Shown here piece after piece: positions 1 through 12,549 of a DNA stretch of 64,000 bases. The notes under the pieces were generated by a model. That model was not told where the DNA came from and did no database searches. It was given only the letters and a program-made list of their open reading frames with translations. The translations under genes and the position numbers were made by a program. Within the stretch, counting starts at the first letter, position 1. Every line of letters starts with the position of its first letter. The stretch is taken from contig JBHGNT010000003.1 of the NCBI GenBank assembly GCA_043228905.1, positions 8,308,001 through 8,372,000 on the forward strand. The letters run 5' to 3'. The DNA comes from Azolla caroliniana (lineage: Eukaryota > Plantae > Polypodiophyta).

Positions 1-1623
1 TCTTCCTCTCAATGAGGTAGATCCACGTGTGCCGCGTGTGGTCGTCGATGAAGGAGACGAAGTATCGGCTCCCGCCAAGACTAACGTTTTGTGCCGGCCC
101 CCATACATCGGAGTGTATAAGGTCGAGCTTGTTCCGGATCCGGTTTCGCTCGTTGTGGAAGGGAAGTCGGTGTTGCTTCCCGAGCTGGCAGGCTTCACAA
201 ATTTGTGCCTTTCGGCCACTAAATTTGGGCAATCCGAACACTACCTGTTTCGTTTGCAGATCTTGAAGCCGCTGGTAGTTGACGTGGCCTATCCGCTTGT
301 GCCATAAGTTGATGTTCGACTCAGTCTTTTGTCCCTTCGCGAACATTGCGGTGCCGCCGTCAGTGGAGTCGAGGATGAACATCCTCCCGTCTCTGCGCCC
401 TTGCGCAATCACACGGCCTTCTTCCTCAATGAAGCACCCGAGGTGTGTAAACTGAACCTCCATCCCTTGCTCGACGATCTGTCCGACCGAGACCAAGTTC
501 TTCGTGATTGTCGGAACGTGCAGCACGTTCTTGAGTTTCCCTTTCTGCCCGACATGGCTAAGGGGAACTTCTTCGACATTCGCGATCGGATGCGGAGTGT
601 CGTCTCCTGTTGCGACTACTCCCGGTTGTATTGGTTTTTCAAGGTACGAGAACCACTCCTTATGGCTCGTCATGTGGTTTGACGCGCCGGAGTCTACGTA
701 CCACACCTCGTCCGATCTCGGGGTGCTTTGTTTCATTGAGTTTGCTTCGTGTCTCGTCACGAAGACAGACCCTTCTCCGGCTCTCCCGGAGTCTTTGGCG
801 TAGTGCGATCACTGCCGATTTCCCTTGTTGGTATGTCTGGAGCCGTTCCCGGAACCAGTTCTCTCTGAATCGGCACGCTTCTTCCAGCACTCACTTTCCC
901 TGTGGCCTTTCTTGCCACAGTACCAGCACTCCGCGATGGACTTCCCTTGCCGCCTCCATTGCGTGCCAACTCGCCTCGTCCTCCACGTCCACGGGGCCTA
1001 TCTCCCTCCGTGTACAACATTCTGTTGTCGGTGTGCGCGCTTGTAGACGCACCTGCGTGGTTCTCCTCTACCAGGAGCATCGACTGTAAGTCGAAAAAGG
1101 ACAACGTATTCTCCCGGGTACACACAGTCGTTCGGAACACTCCGAACTTCGACGCCAAACCTCCGAGACAAATCTGGACCATCTCGCTCTCCTCGATGAT
1201 CACCTCTATGGAGGCGAGGGAGTCGCAGATATCCTTGATCTTCGAGGTATAGTCCGCCATCGACAAGTCGCGTTGTCGTAGGTTGCTCAACTCCTGTCAG
1301 AGCTGAAGCTTCCTTGCTGTGGTGCTCGCGGCGAAAATCTTCTTCAGATTTTCCCACGCACCCTTCGGCGTCTTTGCATCCCGAACATAGCTAAATAGTT
1401 GTTCGCCCACACACGAAGCGAAACAGTATAGTACCCTACTCGCCGATTGCTCCCACAACGGGAAGTCTCTGTGTGTCGATTCGGGTGCCGCGTCATTAGC
1501 TCCTTCGACATAACTCCAGTAGCCGTGCCCGAGTAGGTACTGGTACATCTTGTAGGACCAAGACGCGTAGTTGGTTCTATCGAGCTTCTCTGTTGGAAGC
1601 GAGCTCGCCATGCCTCTATCCAT
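1..1623 (-). pseudogene. gag-pol: copia gag-pol (gag, protease, start of integrase), disrupted
   Basis: ORFs 1297..1623 (EKLDRTNYASWSYKM) and 757..1290 are separated by an in-frame TGA. Further frame breaks occur before the protease and integrase motifs. Confidence 0.88.
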
Positions 1624-1683
1624 CGTTCTTCTTGTTCTTCTTCGTCAAGCTGTGTCGGCTGCAGAGAGGTTCTCAACCCTCGC

Positions 1684-1695
1684 GCTCTGATACCA
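1684..1695 (-). promoter_or_regulatory. PBS, tRNA-iMet
   Basis: gctctgatacca is the reverse complement of TGGTATCAGAGC and abuts the LTR. Confidence 0.95.
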
Positions 1696-2081
1696 TGTAA
1701 AAAGAAACGTGCGGAAGTAAGTATGAAGACCAAACAGAAGGGAGGAAACTCAGGTTTAATGGAGAGCTTGGGCTTACACGGTGTACACAGGAGAGACAAA
1801 GAGAGAAACACAAAATACTATATTCAATAATAGTGCTCAGTCTGTATATAAGACGTGCTCAGTGAGCACTTTTATACAAGTCCTAGAAGGACTGACCGAA
1901 GTACTGACAGTACTTCAATGCTCATCAAGAGCCCCTACACTAACTCCCAAATATATTCCTCACGGAATATCTTTCCTAACGACCTCCCAGTTTATGTACT
2001 CGGCCTAACCGATCGGTCCCAACCGATCCGGTCCTCGGCTTCTTCAGCCGATCCGGCCGATGTTGAGCTTGTCTCTCAACA
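1696..2081 (-). repeat. 5' LTR of copia A (386 bp)
   Basis: TG...CA ends (tgtaaaaag...ctcaaca), adjacent to the PBS; unrelated gag sequence resumes at 2082. The partner LTR is outside the window. Confidence 0.8.
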
Positions 2082-4070
2082 TAAAGGAGCTCCGTGGGGC
2101 TCATAGTTCGTGGGAGGCCTTCGGAGAGGCGCTCCTGAAGGCATACGGAGGATGGCAAAAGAGCCGGGGACGACACGACTTTGACCAGTAGGTAGCATCG
2201 GCAAAGACCCACCGGGGCGCGACGAAGGCGTTCCGAGAGTTCGAGTGATGGCTTGCTCGGCTCCCAGTGCGGGAACAAGGTTTGGTGGGGGCGGACAAGG
2301 TCCTATTGTTCGTCAAGTTGATCGACCGAGCGGAACGGGAGGCCATTGGGATTGAGCTCGAAGACGATGACGGAGCGAATGGGCTTACGGAGGACTGGTC
2401 GAAGGTCGGAAGGGTGTGCCAACGGCTAGACGATGAGCGAGCCTAGAAGGCTAAGAGGAAGGCACGCAACGGCGTGCCATCACAGCGGGAAGAGGCCGAA
2501 CGACAAAGGGAGTTGGCAAGGGTCGGCGTGGAGGCCCGGATTGCGGAGGCGTACGCAGCTCTCGAGGCGATGCTCGAGGAAGAGGAAAGATCGAGGCCGC
2601 AAGCCGGGACTGAGGAGACGGACTTGCCCCACACGACGGCGGAAGATCGGTATGACGGTACCACGGGAGAGGGTGCGGAACAAAACCCCCTTTCAAATTG
2701 CGGAGATAGAACGGCCAAGGACGAGGCCAAGATACGGATCGCGGAACTGGATAGTTAGGACCGGCGGTTTCGGGCGTGTTAGCCCGAAACCCCGGATATC
2801 GGAGAAGCAAGCCTAGGCGGGGCTTGCGCGATCGGTAAGAAGACGACCGTCGACCACGAAGAGTCGGTGGCTATGGACAAGGGCGTAGAAGGGACGGGCG
2901 ATTCTTTGTGTCTTCCCATACTTGCTCCCGAGACGATGACAGTCGGGCCCGAGTGCCGACGTGAGTCCCAAGCGGAGGAAGGCGGTGGCGAAAGACCAAG
3001 AGTCACCAGCGAGACGATACGGGGAAGGAGTGGACGAAAGCGCACGGACCCGATTCCGGAGAACTCGGCATTCGGGCCCGTAAGCCCATGTAAGACCGAG
3101 GAGATGGATGGCAGCACCGGGGAGTCCTGGCACGATGCCAGCGAAGATGGATGGGGAACGACTTGCGAGGAGGCCGAGGATGGAAGCGGTACGAGAAGAT
3201 CGGCATTCCGATTCGGATGGAGAGTAATCCGATCGTGGATTGTTCAATCGGGGCCAGAATCGGCATGAAGGTGCCGATACGGGAGAGGGTGCGGGACGCG
3301 CCGCCCTCTTTTACATGGGGAGAAAGACCGACCAGGCGAAGGTCGGGAATTGGAAAGGAAGGTGATCAAAGGTTCGGAATGAGTCTGGCAAGATCAGCAT
3401 CGGAACCGAAACTCTGGACATTGGAGAATCAAGCTCAGGCGAGGCTTGATTGATCACAGAGCGGATACTATCCACCGACACCACTAAAAGGGGCGGTGGC
3501 CCGGACGAGTTGTGGAAAGATGTTGCGAAATCAGTTACGCCACATCTTATCTGGAGATTTCGGCTGTTCAGCCGACGGGGCAACGTCAGACCGAAAGAGA
3601 TGGAAGATGGAGACAGGAAGGCAACAAGGAGAGCAAACGACGAGTTAGGGAGAAGTACAAGGGATGAAGAGGAGAACGAAGACCGGCCCTATAGAGACCC
3701 TTACACCAATCCGGCTGTCGGCCCGAGTGCCGGCGTGAGTCCTATAGGAGAGATCGGTGGCGATAGGAGAACGGGACCCGGCAATATGAAGAAGGACGAA
3801 CGGACCCGGACGAGAACCGGGCGGAGCGGACTCACGGATGACCATTCCGGGAGGGAGGAAGAGAGCAGGCCTACGGAGAGGCCGAAGAGACGGTACGTCG
3901 GTACCACGGGAGAGGGTGCGGAACAAAACGCCTTCTCGGCATGCGGAAAAGGACGACCCGAGACAGGGTTAGGAAGACAAATCGGACACCCAAGGAGGAT
4001 CCTTCACACCGGTTCTAGAGACTTCGGCAGTCGGCAACGCGGTCGACGTAAGACCAAGATATTGACGGTG

Positions 4071-4525
4071 TGTTACGGACATGACCATATAATATCCCGT
4101 GGTGAGAATTTACCGTAGTATTCTATACACGTGGATAAGTGTGAGGGTTAAACGAGAGTGTAAAGAAGGGGAGGATTACTTTTAATCCTCGGGATTGAGA
4201 CAACCCATTAGGTCAAGTGTGAACTTGCCTGGGGGCCTTGGGTATCGCTATAAATAAGAGGCCTAGCTACCCTCATTTGATCATCTTTTGACTACATCGA
4301 GACTCTGCTCGTGTGGTGGGTCAACTCTTGAAGCGAGCGCGCCAGCACCAGGTACGACTCGACGCTACGGCGGTGGTATGGGACGCCGATCGAGGCTCGA
4401 GTCCGTCTCGATCCCTTCGCTCGGGGGTGGTCGGGTGGATCGGCACCCATCTTTCTCTTTCTCCTTTCTATCTTTCATTTCTTTATCCTTATCTTAAGCT
4501 TACTTTAGTACCTAGATCTATAATA
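4071..4525 (+). repeat. 5' LTR of K
   Basis: Direct repeat of 10592-11046 with 7 mismatches counted; TATAAAT at 4249. Confidence 0.95.
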
Positions 4526-4527
4526 TT

Positions 4528-4539
4528 TGGTATCAGAGC
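4528..4539 (+). promoter_or_regulatory. PBS, tRNA-iMet
   Basis: TGGTATCAGAGC 2 nt after the LTR. Confidence 0.95.
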
Positions 4540-4774
4540 TTTGTACTAATGTTTCTTTGTTTTTCATTTGTCTTTTGATTGATGCTGATCAATCGTTGTG
4601 CGGTTGGCCTTGATCCAGACAACGATCAACAAAGAACTTCGGTAACTCTTTCCATAATTTTTCTTTCTATTCTCTCTTCTCCCATCTAATCATGTGTTTA
4701 GTTTATATGTAATTTTTTTCATTAAGTCAATGATGTTGTAGTGGTCTTTAATTGATTATCTAAAACGTTTACAT

Positions 4775-5035
4775 ATGTGCACGAGGTCAATACCTCGTTT
4801 GACATATTAATAATATGTGATGAGTGTCGTATGCGTACGAGGTTAATACCTCAATTACGTATTACGTTCACGAACATATGTTACGTTTGCGTATGAGTTT
4901 AATACCTTGATTTGTTGTAAACGATATGCGTTTGGTCTCGTATGCGTAAGAGGTCAATACCTCCATTGCGTATTACGATGATCTCTTATTTGTGGATGTT
5001 TCATGTGCGTAGAGGTATATACCTCGATTACGTAT
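4775..5035 (+). repeat. Array of five stem-loop units (GAGG-N6-CCTC core), ~56 bp period
   Basis: Cores at 4783, 4839, 4895 (degenerate), 4950 and 5012, with flanking tgcgta/tacgta stem extensions. Confidence 0.8.
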
Positions 5036-6213
5036 CTCGATCACATCATTTGTGGCTATTTAATATAATGATATGTTTAATATAGGCATATGTGGTCACA
5101 TATATACGTATTTGATCGTATATATGTGATAAGTAAACATATGTGTATATTCGTTATTACGTGATTATATCGAAAGTTGTCCTTGTCGGGAAAAGGATGT
5201 TGGTGGCCGTCCTCACATTTTTGTGAGAATGGCTATGTCACCATCCCTTTTTCAACATTTTTTTATTGTTGATAACCCCGTTGACGACCTCGATTTCGTT
5301 ACGTAAAAAAACGCCAATAGCCAAAATGATGTTGAGTACGTAGGGCTTGACCCACTTCAAGTGAGGTCGCTCCAATGACGCACGTATCCAACATCCCTCC
5401 CTCGTTACATGGATATGATGCCACCATGAGCTCATTCTTACGAGAGGCATTCGTAATGACGTGACCATGTGATGGCCCACGTGAGCCTACTACAAAACGA
5501 GGGCTCATTTGGCTTGACCATTAGGTTGCACTTCGGCGTATGCCATCGTAATTACGAGACTTGAGGTTAGGTAACGTACCAACATAGTTTTGGTAAATGA
5601 GGGCGAAATAAGGACCCTTGACATATATGTTCTTTTAAAAAAACATATATGATCAATTGCCTCGCATATCTCTTATACGCATCAAACATTAAGCATTCGA
5701 GAAGAGCAGCTTACTTGGTTGGCTCAAGTGTTTAATGTATTTGTTCTCGAGGTCTCGAGTTCAAATATGACCAAGACCATACAACATCCTTGATACATAT
5801 GACTATAACACATGTTTAGACTTAAGGTCTAAGTGCACCTCGGGGTCCTCGTAATAGGACTTAAAGAGCCGAAACCACATATGTGGGCACCAAAACATAG
5901 TTTATTATTAACATTTTTTTCGTGTATAAACAATTCATGACGCGAACATACATGGTTGAGCCTCGGGGAGCCACCATAAAAAAATCGATATAGAGATCAG
6001 GGAAAGACATTTATGTGTCACCCCCATGGTTTTTAAAACACCTTTGTGTTACCATAGTAACCTGATCTTGAACCTCATCTCATACGTCTAGAGGGGTATT
6101 GACGTGAGATAATGATATCGATTAATGCTCGCCCATGATATGTTTACATCACGACATGATGTTATGACTATATCTCTGACCTTATCCTATTTCTTTTCCA
6201 GAAATAATCTTTA

Positions 6214-9200
6214 ATGGCTCAAATTAACGACCCGATGTCATCCGCTCAAGCGGAAGGAACTCAAGGGAATCCTCCTGGACAAATGTCCACTGAGATGTAT
6301 TTGGCACAAATAACCCAATACCTTAGTTTCACCACTCAACAGATGACCGAACTTCGGCAATCTCAGAGTGCTCTTGAGGCACGAGTCATTAGTCTACAAC
6401 GTGAGACTAATAGACCTGATGAGCAACAAGGTGAACCATCATTTGTCGTTAAGCCATTTACCGGAGACAAAAAGGAAAGAACCAAAGAAGCAATCTGCAC
6501 ATGGCTGGGACGATGGGAGTCTCATTTTGAGCTCTATCCCACGCCAGATAGTACGAAGATTGCATATGTCGGCCGAGAACTCGGGGGTAAGGCCGCCGCC
6601 TGGTGGCGTGGCCTCCGTACTATGGGGAAATTGCCCGATACCTGGACAGATTTTGTCACGGTTTTTAAGGGCCAATTTCTGCAACCTCCCTCTCGAACCG
6701 AGGCAGCACAAGCTTTAATGAACCTCTCTAGCAGGAAATTTTCCTCGCTAGAAGACTATGTTCACCATGCTAGAACCCAAATCCAAAAATCGGGTCTAGA
6801 AGGGGACAATTGGTTGATAGCTTGTTTTGTCAATGGCATCCCCAATTCGGACTATCACTGGATAGTGCACGATAAGGATCCAAAATCCTTCGAAGAGGCC
6901 GTTGAAATAGTTCTTCGCTATCAACGCACTTCGAAGAAGGACCATAACAAACCCAACGAAGCGCCCGGGACTAAGCAGTCGCAATTTGTTGGGAAACGCA
7001 AGACACCCAACGAATTCCTGGATCGCGATTGTAAGCGACAACATCCTTTTTGTGTATTCTGCAAAAAGAAGGGTCATACAAAAGATCAATGTCGAAAGCT
7101 CCAACGGAAAGAGCACGACAACAAAGCTAAAGCTGCAGACCATAAAGGTCAGATTCCTAATGTCCTTCAGGTCTATACACATCATTTAAGTAATTGTCAA
7201 TGTTCTTTCCCTCACTATGTATTGGGTCCCAATGATTTACTACGTGCAAACGGGTATATCAATGGATCTCCCGTACAATTTTTATTTGATTCGGGAAGCT
7301 CACACAATTTTGTGAATGATCGTTTGGTTCAGATATGGGGAATCCAACCCACCGTAAGTGATCACACCTACACGGTGCACTTGGCTGATGGAAGAGTACA
7401 ATACATCAACGGGGCGATTCATTCATTAGGAATTTCTATTGATACTTATATAGAGGAAGTAGATTTCCATGTAATGAATCTTTGTACCACCGATATAATA
7501 CTGGGTTATCCCTGGTTATATAATAAAAACTCTTCTTTATTTATTGATTGGGTTCGTCATTCCATTTCTTTTGTACTGAACGATTGTATGCATTTTATTC
7601 AATGTGTAAAAAAACAATCCCTCTCGATTGTTTCCTCGTGTCCATCAATATCCGAGTTGTCTTGTTCTACGTTATTTTATTGTGTACTTGATCCGGACAT
7701 TCACGTTTACAATATCGATAATGTCCTGATTCAATTAACATATTTTGAACAACAACAACTTGATGAAATCTTAAATGATTTTCATGATGTTTTTCCAAGT
7801 GAACTACTTGATGGGTTACCTCCTAAACGTAATATAGACCATCGTATAGATATTGTACCTGGTGTTGCACCAATAAGTATACCTCCGTATCGCTTAAGTC
7901 GATCCGAAGAAGATGAGGTATCTAAGCAACTCAAGGACTATTTACGAATGGGTTATATACGTTATAGTAAATCTCCATGGGGTGCACCAGTTCTCTTGGG
8001 ACGCTTGAATAAAGTGACGATCAAGAATTCGTATCCATTGCCCCGGGCTGACGATCTAATTGACCGTCTCCAGGGAGCTCGGTATTTTACGAAACTTGAT
8101 CTCCGTACTGGCTACCATCAAATACGAATAAGTGAGGACGATGTTCCTAAAACGGCATTTCGTACGCGCTATGGCCATTACGAGTTTTTGGTTATGCCTT
8201 TTGGTTTGACCAATGCTCCGACTACTTTTCAACAAGAAATGAATGACATTTTCCGAGAGCAACTTGGAAAATTTGTCGTTATTTTCTTGGATGATATTTT
8301 AGTTTATAGCCGTACATTACAAGAACATGCTAGACATGTCCACTTTGTTTTACAAACATTGCGTGACAAACAGTTTTATGCGAAGATCTCAAAATGTGAG
8401 TTCTTCAAGAAATCAATTACTTATCTAGGACATCTCATAACCGAACGAGGAGTTGAAATTGATCCTTCTCGCATTGAGAAAATCAAGTTTTGGCCCACTC
8501 TTCGGAATATTCGAGAAGTTCGATCATTCCTTGGTTTTGTGGGGTTTTTGCGAAAGTCTCTTCGTAATTACTCCCAATTGACGACGCCGTTTACTGATCT
8601 TTTAAAAGGTCAAACGCATAAGTCTACAAAACCTATTGTATGGAATGCTACACTAGACCTTGCCTTTAAGGAACTCAAGGACCTGGTTTGCAAGGCTCCT
8701 TCACTTCTTTTACCTGATCCTTCAAAACCTTTTGAGGTTGAAACCGATGCAAGCGATTATGCTATAGGTGCTGTCTTGTATCAAGATGGTAAACCAATAG
8801 CATTCGAGAGTAAGAAACTTGATACTGCTCAATGTCGGTATACCGTTCAAGAAAAGGAATTATTTGCAGTTATACATGCGCTCAAAACATGGCACCATTA
8901 TCTTTATGGAAATCACTTTGTGGTAACTACGGACCACGAGTCCTTGAAATATTTTTGTGACCAACAAGACCTGAAAGGTCGTAAGGCACGATGGGCTGAT
9001 CTCATCCAGGACTTTGATTTTTCCATACGATATCGTAAAGGTTCCATGAACACTGTCGCTGATGCACTAAGTCGCATCCGTGAAGTTAACATGCTTAGCT
9101 TCACTGCAATATCATCAGATCTTTATGATCACCTTCGAGGAAAGTATCCTGATGACAGTTATTTCGCAAAATATTGGGCAAGAGTTGAGTCTGGAACAGA

Positions 9201-10605
9201 CACCACCACATCCTCGAAGGAATATTTCCACATTGCTAATGGTTTGCTCTACCGTAATGGGAAGGTTTGTGTTCCAGATTTACCCGAGGTCAAAAAGAGG
9301 ATTCTTTTTTAATGCCATGATGCACCCTCAGCAGGGCACCCTGGAATACATCGTACACTCGTTCTCATCTCCACTCAATTTTATTGGCCTAAGATGCGTC
9401 CTGACATACATAGCTATGTGACTAAATGTCACCAGTGTCAGGTTAACAAAGCCGAGCGACTTAAAGCCGCAGGACTTTTACATCCCTTGGACATTCCCAA
9501 TAATAAGTGGGAAAGTATATCCATGGATTTTATTGTTAGCCTTCCTCGCACCCAAAAAGGTCATGATGCCATTTGGGTTGTCGTTGATCGACTAACTAAA
9601 ATGGCCAGATTTATTGCTACTAAAACCACGGTAACAGCTCCTGAATTGGCTTACCAATTCGTTGACGAATTGTTTCGTTTTTATGGGTTACCGATGGATA
9701 TCGTGAGTGATCGAGATCCAAAGTTTACTAGTGACTTCTGGACACAAGTCTTTAAGAAGTTAGAAATTACGTTGAGCATGAGCTCCACGGATCATCCTCA
9801 ATCCGATGGACAGACAGAACGAGTAAATCAAATTATTGAGGATAGGCTTCGAGCATACGTTGTTGCAAAACCAACAAAATGGGAACGTTATCTCCCAATT
9901 TTGGAGTTTGCTTATAACAGCTCCAAGCATACGTCGACGGGATATAGTCCTTTTATGTTGATGTATGGTTTTCAGCCACGAGCCCCGATTGATGTTAATA
10001 TACATCATGATGAGTTGCGAAGTACGCAAAACTTTCTTCGGGATATGCAAGATATGTTGCATATTGCACGAGATAATATAAAAATAGCTCAAGATAGAGC
10101 GCGTTTTTATGCCGATCATCATAGGCAACCTCGTGTATTCAACCCTGGACAGAAGGTATTTTTACGTGTACCTCACAATTCTAAGACACTGTCTACGGGT
10201 AAGTGCGCTAAGTTAGCCCCACGGTTTTGTGGACCTTTTACAGTCCTCAAACGCATTGGGTCATCAGCCTATCGTCTCGCTCTTCCCGATGGTGTCGGAA
10301 TTCATCCAGTCTTTCATGTGAGTCGTCTAAAAGAACTTCTAGGTTCTGGCGCCAATACAGTTACGATTGAAACTCTGGTTACTTCTGAAGAATTATCTTC
10401 TAAACCACATGTACCAGAAAGAATTCTCGATGTTAAAACAAAAAAATTACGTACTAAAGAAATCCGAGAATTTAAAATAAAATGGATGGATAAATCAATA
10501 AAAGATGCCACATGGGAACGCGAAAATACTCTCAGAACTAATTTCCCTAACTTTCCATTGCAAGAGTGCAATGTTTTAAAGAGGGGGAGTATGTTACGGA
10601 CATGA
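6214..10605 (+). pseudogene. gag-pol: K gag-pol: gag, CCHC knuckle, protease, RT, RNase H, integrase, chromodomain
   Basis: Motifs [43 protein letters not shown], and chromodomain PERILD...FKIKW...ATWE (~10405-10557). Premature TAA at 9310; in-frame RT deletion near 7998 (GAPVLL|GRLNK lacks the usual KKKDG..CxDYR). Confidence 0.95.
10578..10589 (+). promoter_or_regulatory. Polypurine tract of K
   Basis: aaagagggggag 2 nt before the 3' LTR. Confidence 0.9.
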
Positions 10606-11046
10606 CCATATAATATCCCGTGGTGAGAATTTACCGTAGTATTCTATACACGTGGATAAGTGTGAGGGTTAAACGAGAGTGTAAAGAAGGGGAGGATTAC
10701 TTTTAATCCTCGGGATTGAGACAACCCATTAGGTCAAGTGTGAACTTGCCTGGGGGCCTTGGGTATCGCTATAAATAAGAGGCCTAGCTACCCTCATTTG
10801 ATCATCATTTGACTACATCGAGACTCTGCTCGTGTGGTGGGTCAACTCTTGTAGCGAGCGCGCCAGCACCAGGTACGACTCGACGCCACGGCGGTGGTAT
10901 GGGACGCCGATCGAGGCTCGAGTCCATCTCGATCCCTTCGCTCAGGTGTGGTCGGGTGGATCGGCACCCTTCTTTCTCTTTCTCCTTTCTATCTTTCATT
11001 TCTTTATCCTTATCTTAAGCTTACTTTAGTACCTAGATCTATAATA
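10592..11046 (+). repeat. 3' LTR of K
   Basis: Direct repeat of 4071-4525. Confidence 0.95.
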
Positions 11047-11080
11047 CAGTGGTGGCGAGGTGACGAAGAAAAAGGGCTAC

Positions 11081-11536
11081 TGGTACCCGGACCCGGACAG
11101 TCAGTTTTACCGAACAAGTGGGAAAGCGTCGAAAACGGAGTCGGTTCGGATCGACTGTTCGGATCAATGACTCAACAGTGAACAAAGAGAACTAAGTTAG
11201 TTAGAAAATTTTGTAATTCTTGATAGTAAGTAGGAATAGTTCTTGATGAGAAAAGACCTTCGGTATACCTATAAAAGGGAACCGAAGGCATTGTAAGAAA
11301 GGTCGTTTATTTAGTAATATAAGTTTAAGTTAGGAATATCATGTACGGATTCTGTGTTCTTTCTATTGTCTATGCTGTTAAGTGCAAGTTTCCTAATTTA
11401 TAACTAAGTAATGATCATGGTAATTACCGATTAATATAGTATATTTCCATTCATAAAACACAATTCCTTGTTAGAACGTTGAGTAGCGACGTTCTCTCTT
11501 CTGTATCGGTAGTAGTTAGTAATTAGCCGATTAACA
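11081..11536 (+). mobile_element. Solo LTR S1 (456 bp)
   Basis: TG...CA ends, perfect 5-bp TSD gctac (11076-11080 and 11537-11541), TATAAAA near 11270, AT-rich against GC-rich flanks. Confidence 0.85.
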
Positions 11537-12174
11537 GCTACGGATGGGTGGTCTACAGAGATCCTCACACCGATACGGTTGTCGGCCGGAGTGCCGGCGT
11601 GAGTCCTATAGGAGAGGACGATGGCAGCAGGTGAACGTGACCGGACGACGGAAGCAAAGAAAGAAGATATCAGGCCGGCGAGGCGGCTACTAACCGAATC
11701 GGACCTTCCAGCAAGGTCAGTGGGCGAAAGGAAGTTTGGTCCTACGGGATCCCCACACTTAACCAGAGACTCCGGTAGATCGGCCAACTTGGCAACATAA
11801 GACCGAGAGAGAAGTTTGGTGGCGGCAGGAAACGGAACCCGAATACGCGGAAGACACGAGGAGAGTCCGGGAGGGACTCAAACAAAAGACACCCGGATCT
11901 CGGGAAGCATAGAAACGGAGTCCGGTCCTATGGGACCCTCACACCGATCCGGAGACTCCGGTAGTTCGGCCAACGTGGCAACGTGAGACCTAGGGAGATG
12001 GACGGTGGCGGCAGGGAACGGGACCCGACGACACGAGGTTTCGGAAGGAGCCGGTAGGGGCAAACACGAGGAGGTGTGTCGGGCCAGAAAGGCACACCTG
12101 GGACGGAACAAGAGTCTCGCAAGTTGCCATCGCGGGCCGGATCGAAGCGTGACTACGGGACAGTGTTCGGCACG

Positions 12175-12330
12175 ACCGACTCTTTCGACCACTCGCTCAA
12201 CCGCTTGTTGCGCTGCTTCTCGCCTCATCACCACTCGTGCCGACTCCAACACCACTTCGGCCACCATCACCGCGAGGTCGTCGTCTTCCGATTCCATCCT
12301 CCCTTGCCGCCTTTCACGTCGGGTTCACCA
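12175..12330 (-). pseudogene. gag: Trp PBS and truncated gag start downstream of F's 3' LTR
   Basis: ttcacgtcgggttcacca (12313-12330) is a perfect Trp PBS. The ORF from 12297 (MESEDDDL...AVERVVERVG) resembles the N-termini of G and H gag. Confidence 0.75.
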
Positions 12331-12334
12331 AATA

Positions 12335-12517
12335 TGTCGCGTTGTTATGCGCGTGCGTGGAGAAAGGCGGGACCACGGGGGTCTTGGACTAGGGAGTGAC
12401 GGAGCGTAGGAAGTCGTACTTCACCGTTTCCGGGGCACACCGGAAGCACACCGGAAGCAACCGAAGGGAGAGAGAGAAAGAGAGGGAGCGCGCGCTTGAC
12501 ACCGACTCACGCACACG

Positions 12518-12549
<32 letters not shown>

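Larger units (their letters stand above)
1..2081 (-). mobile_element. Ty1/copia LTR retrotransposon A, 5' portion (continues left of window); possibly Bryco-like
   Basis: On the minus strand: LTR 1696-2081, Met-i PBS, gag, protease motif WYVDSGASNHMT (~660-710) and integrase N-terminus (LWHKRIGH...CEACQLGKQ...LIHSDVWGP...FIDD, 1-310), in copia order. Lineage is inferred from recalled gag similarity only. Confidence 0.93.
4071..11046 (+). mobile_element. Element K: full-length Ty3/gypsy chromovirus, defective
   Basis: 455-bp LTRs, Met-i PBS, PPT, domain order gag-PR-RT-RH-INT-chromodomain, TSD cggtg/cagtg (1 mismatch). Confidence 0.96.
2082..12174 (+). mobile_element. Element E: internal region of a non-autonomous gypsy derivative (same family as F), interrupted by K and S1
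   Basis: Degenerate gag at 2082-2440 (AFREFE*...DKVLLFVK...GLTEDWSKV) resembles the gag of F and H. Repeats encode GTTGEGAEQN. 11850-12174 is the reverse complement of 14086-14410 in F. Confidence 0.8.

Noticed and set aside
4775-5035. CRISPR array
   Set aside because: The repeats are degenerate, there are no cas genes, and the context is a eukaryotic retrotransposon leader.
5716-5772. Second tRNA-like A/B box (tggctcaagtg...gagttcaaat) in the K leader
   Set aside because: Weak match to the consensus; could be chance in AT-rich sequence.
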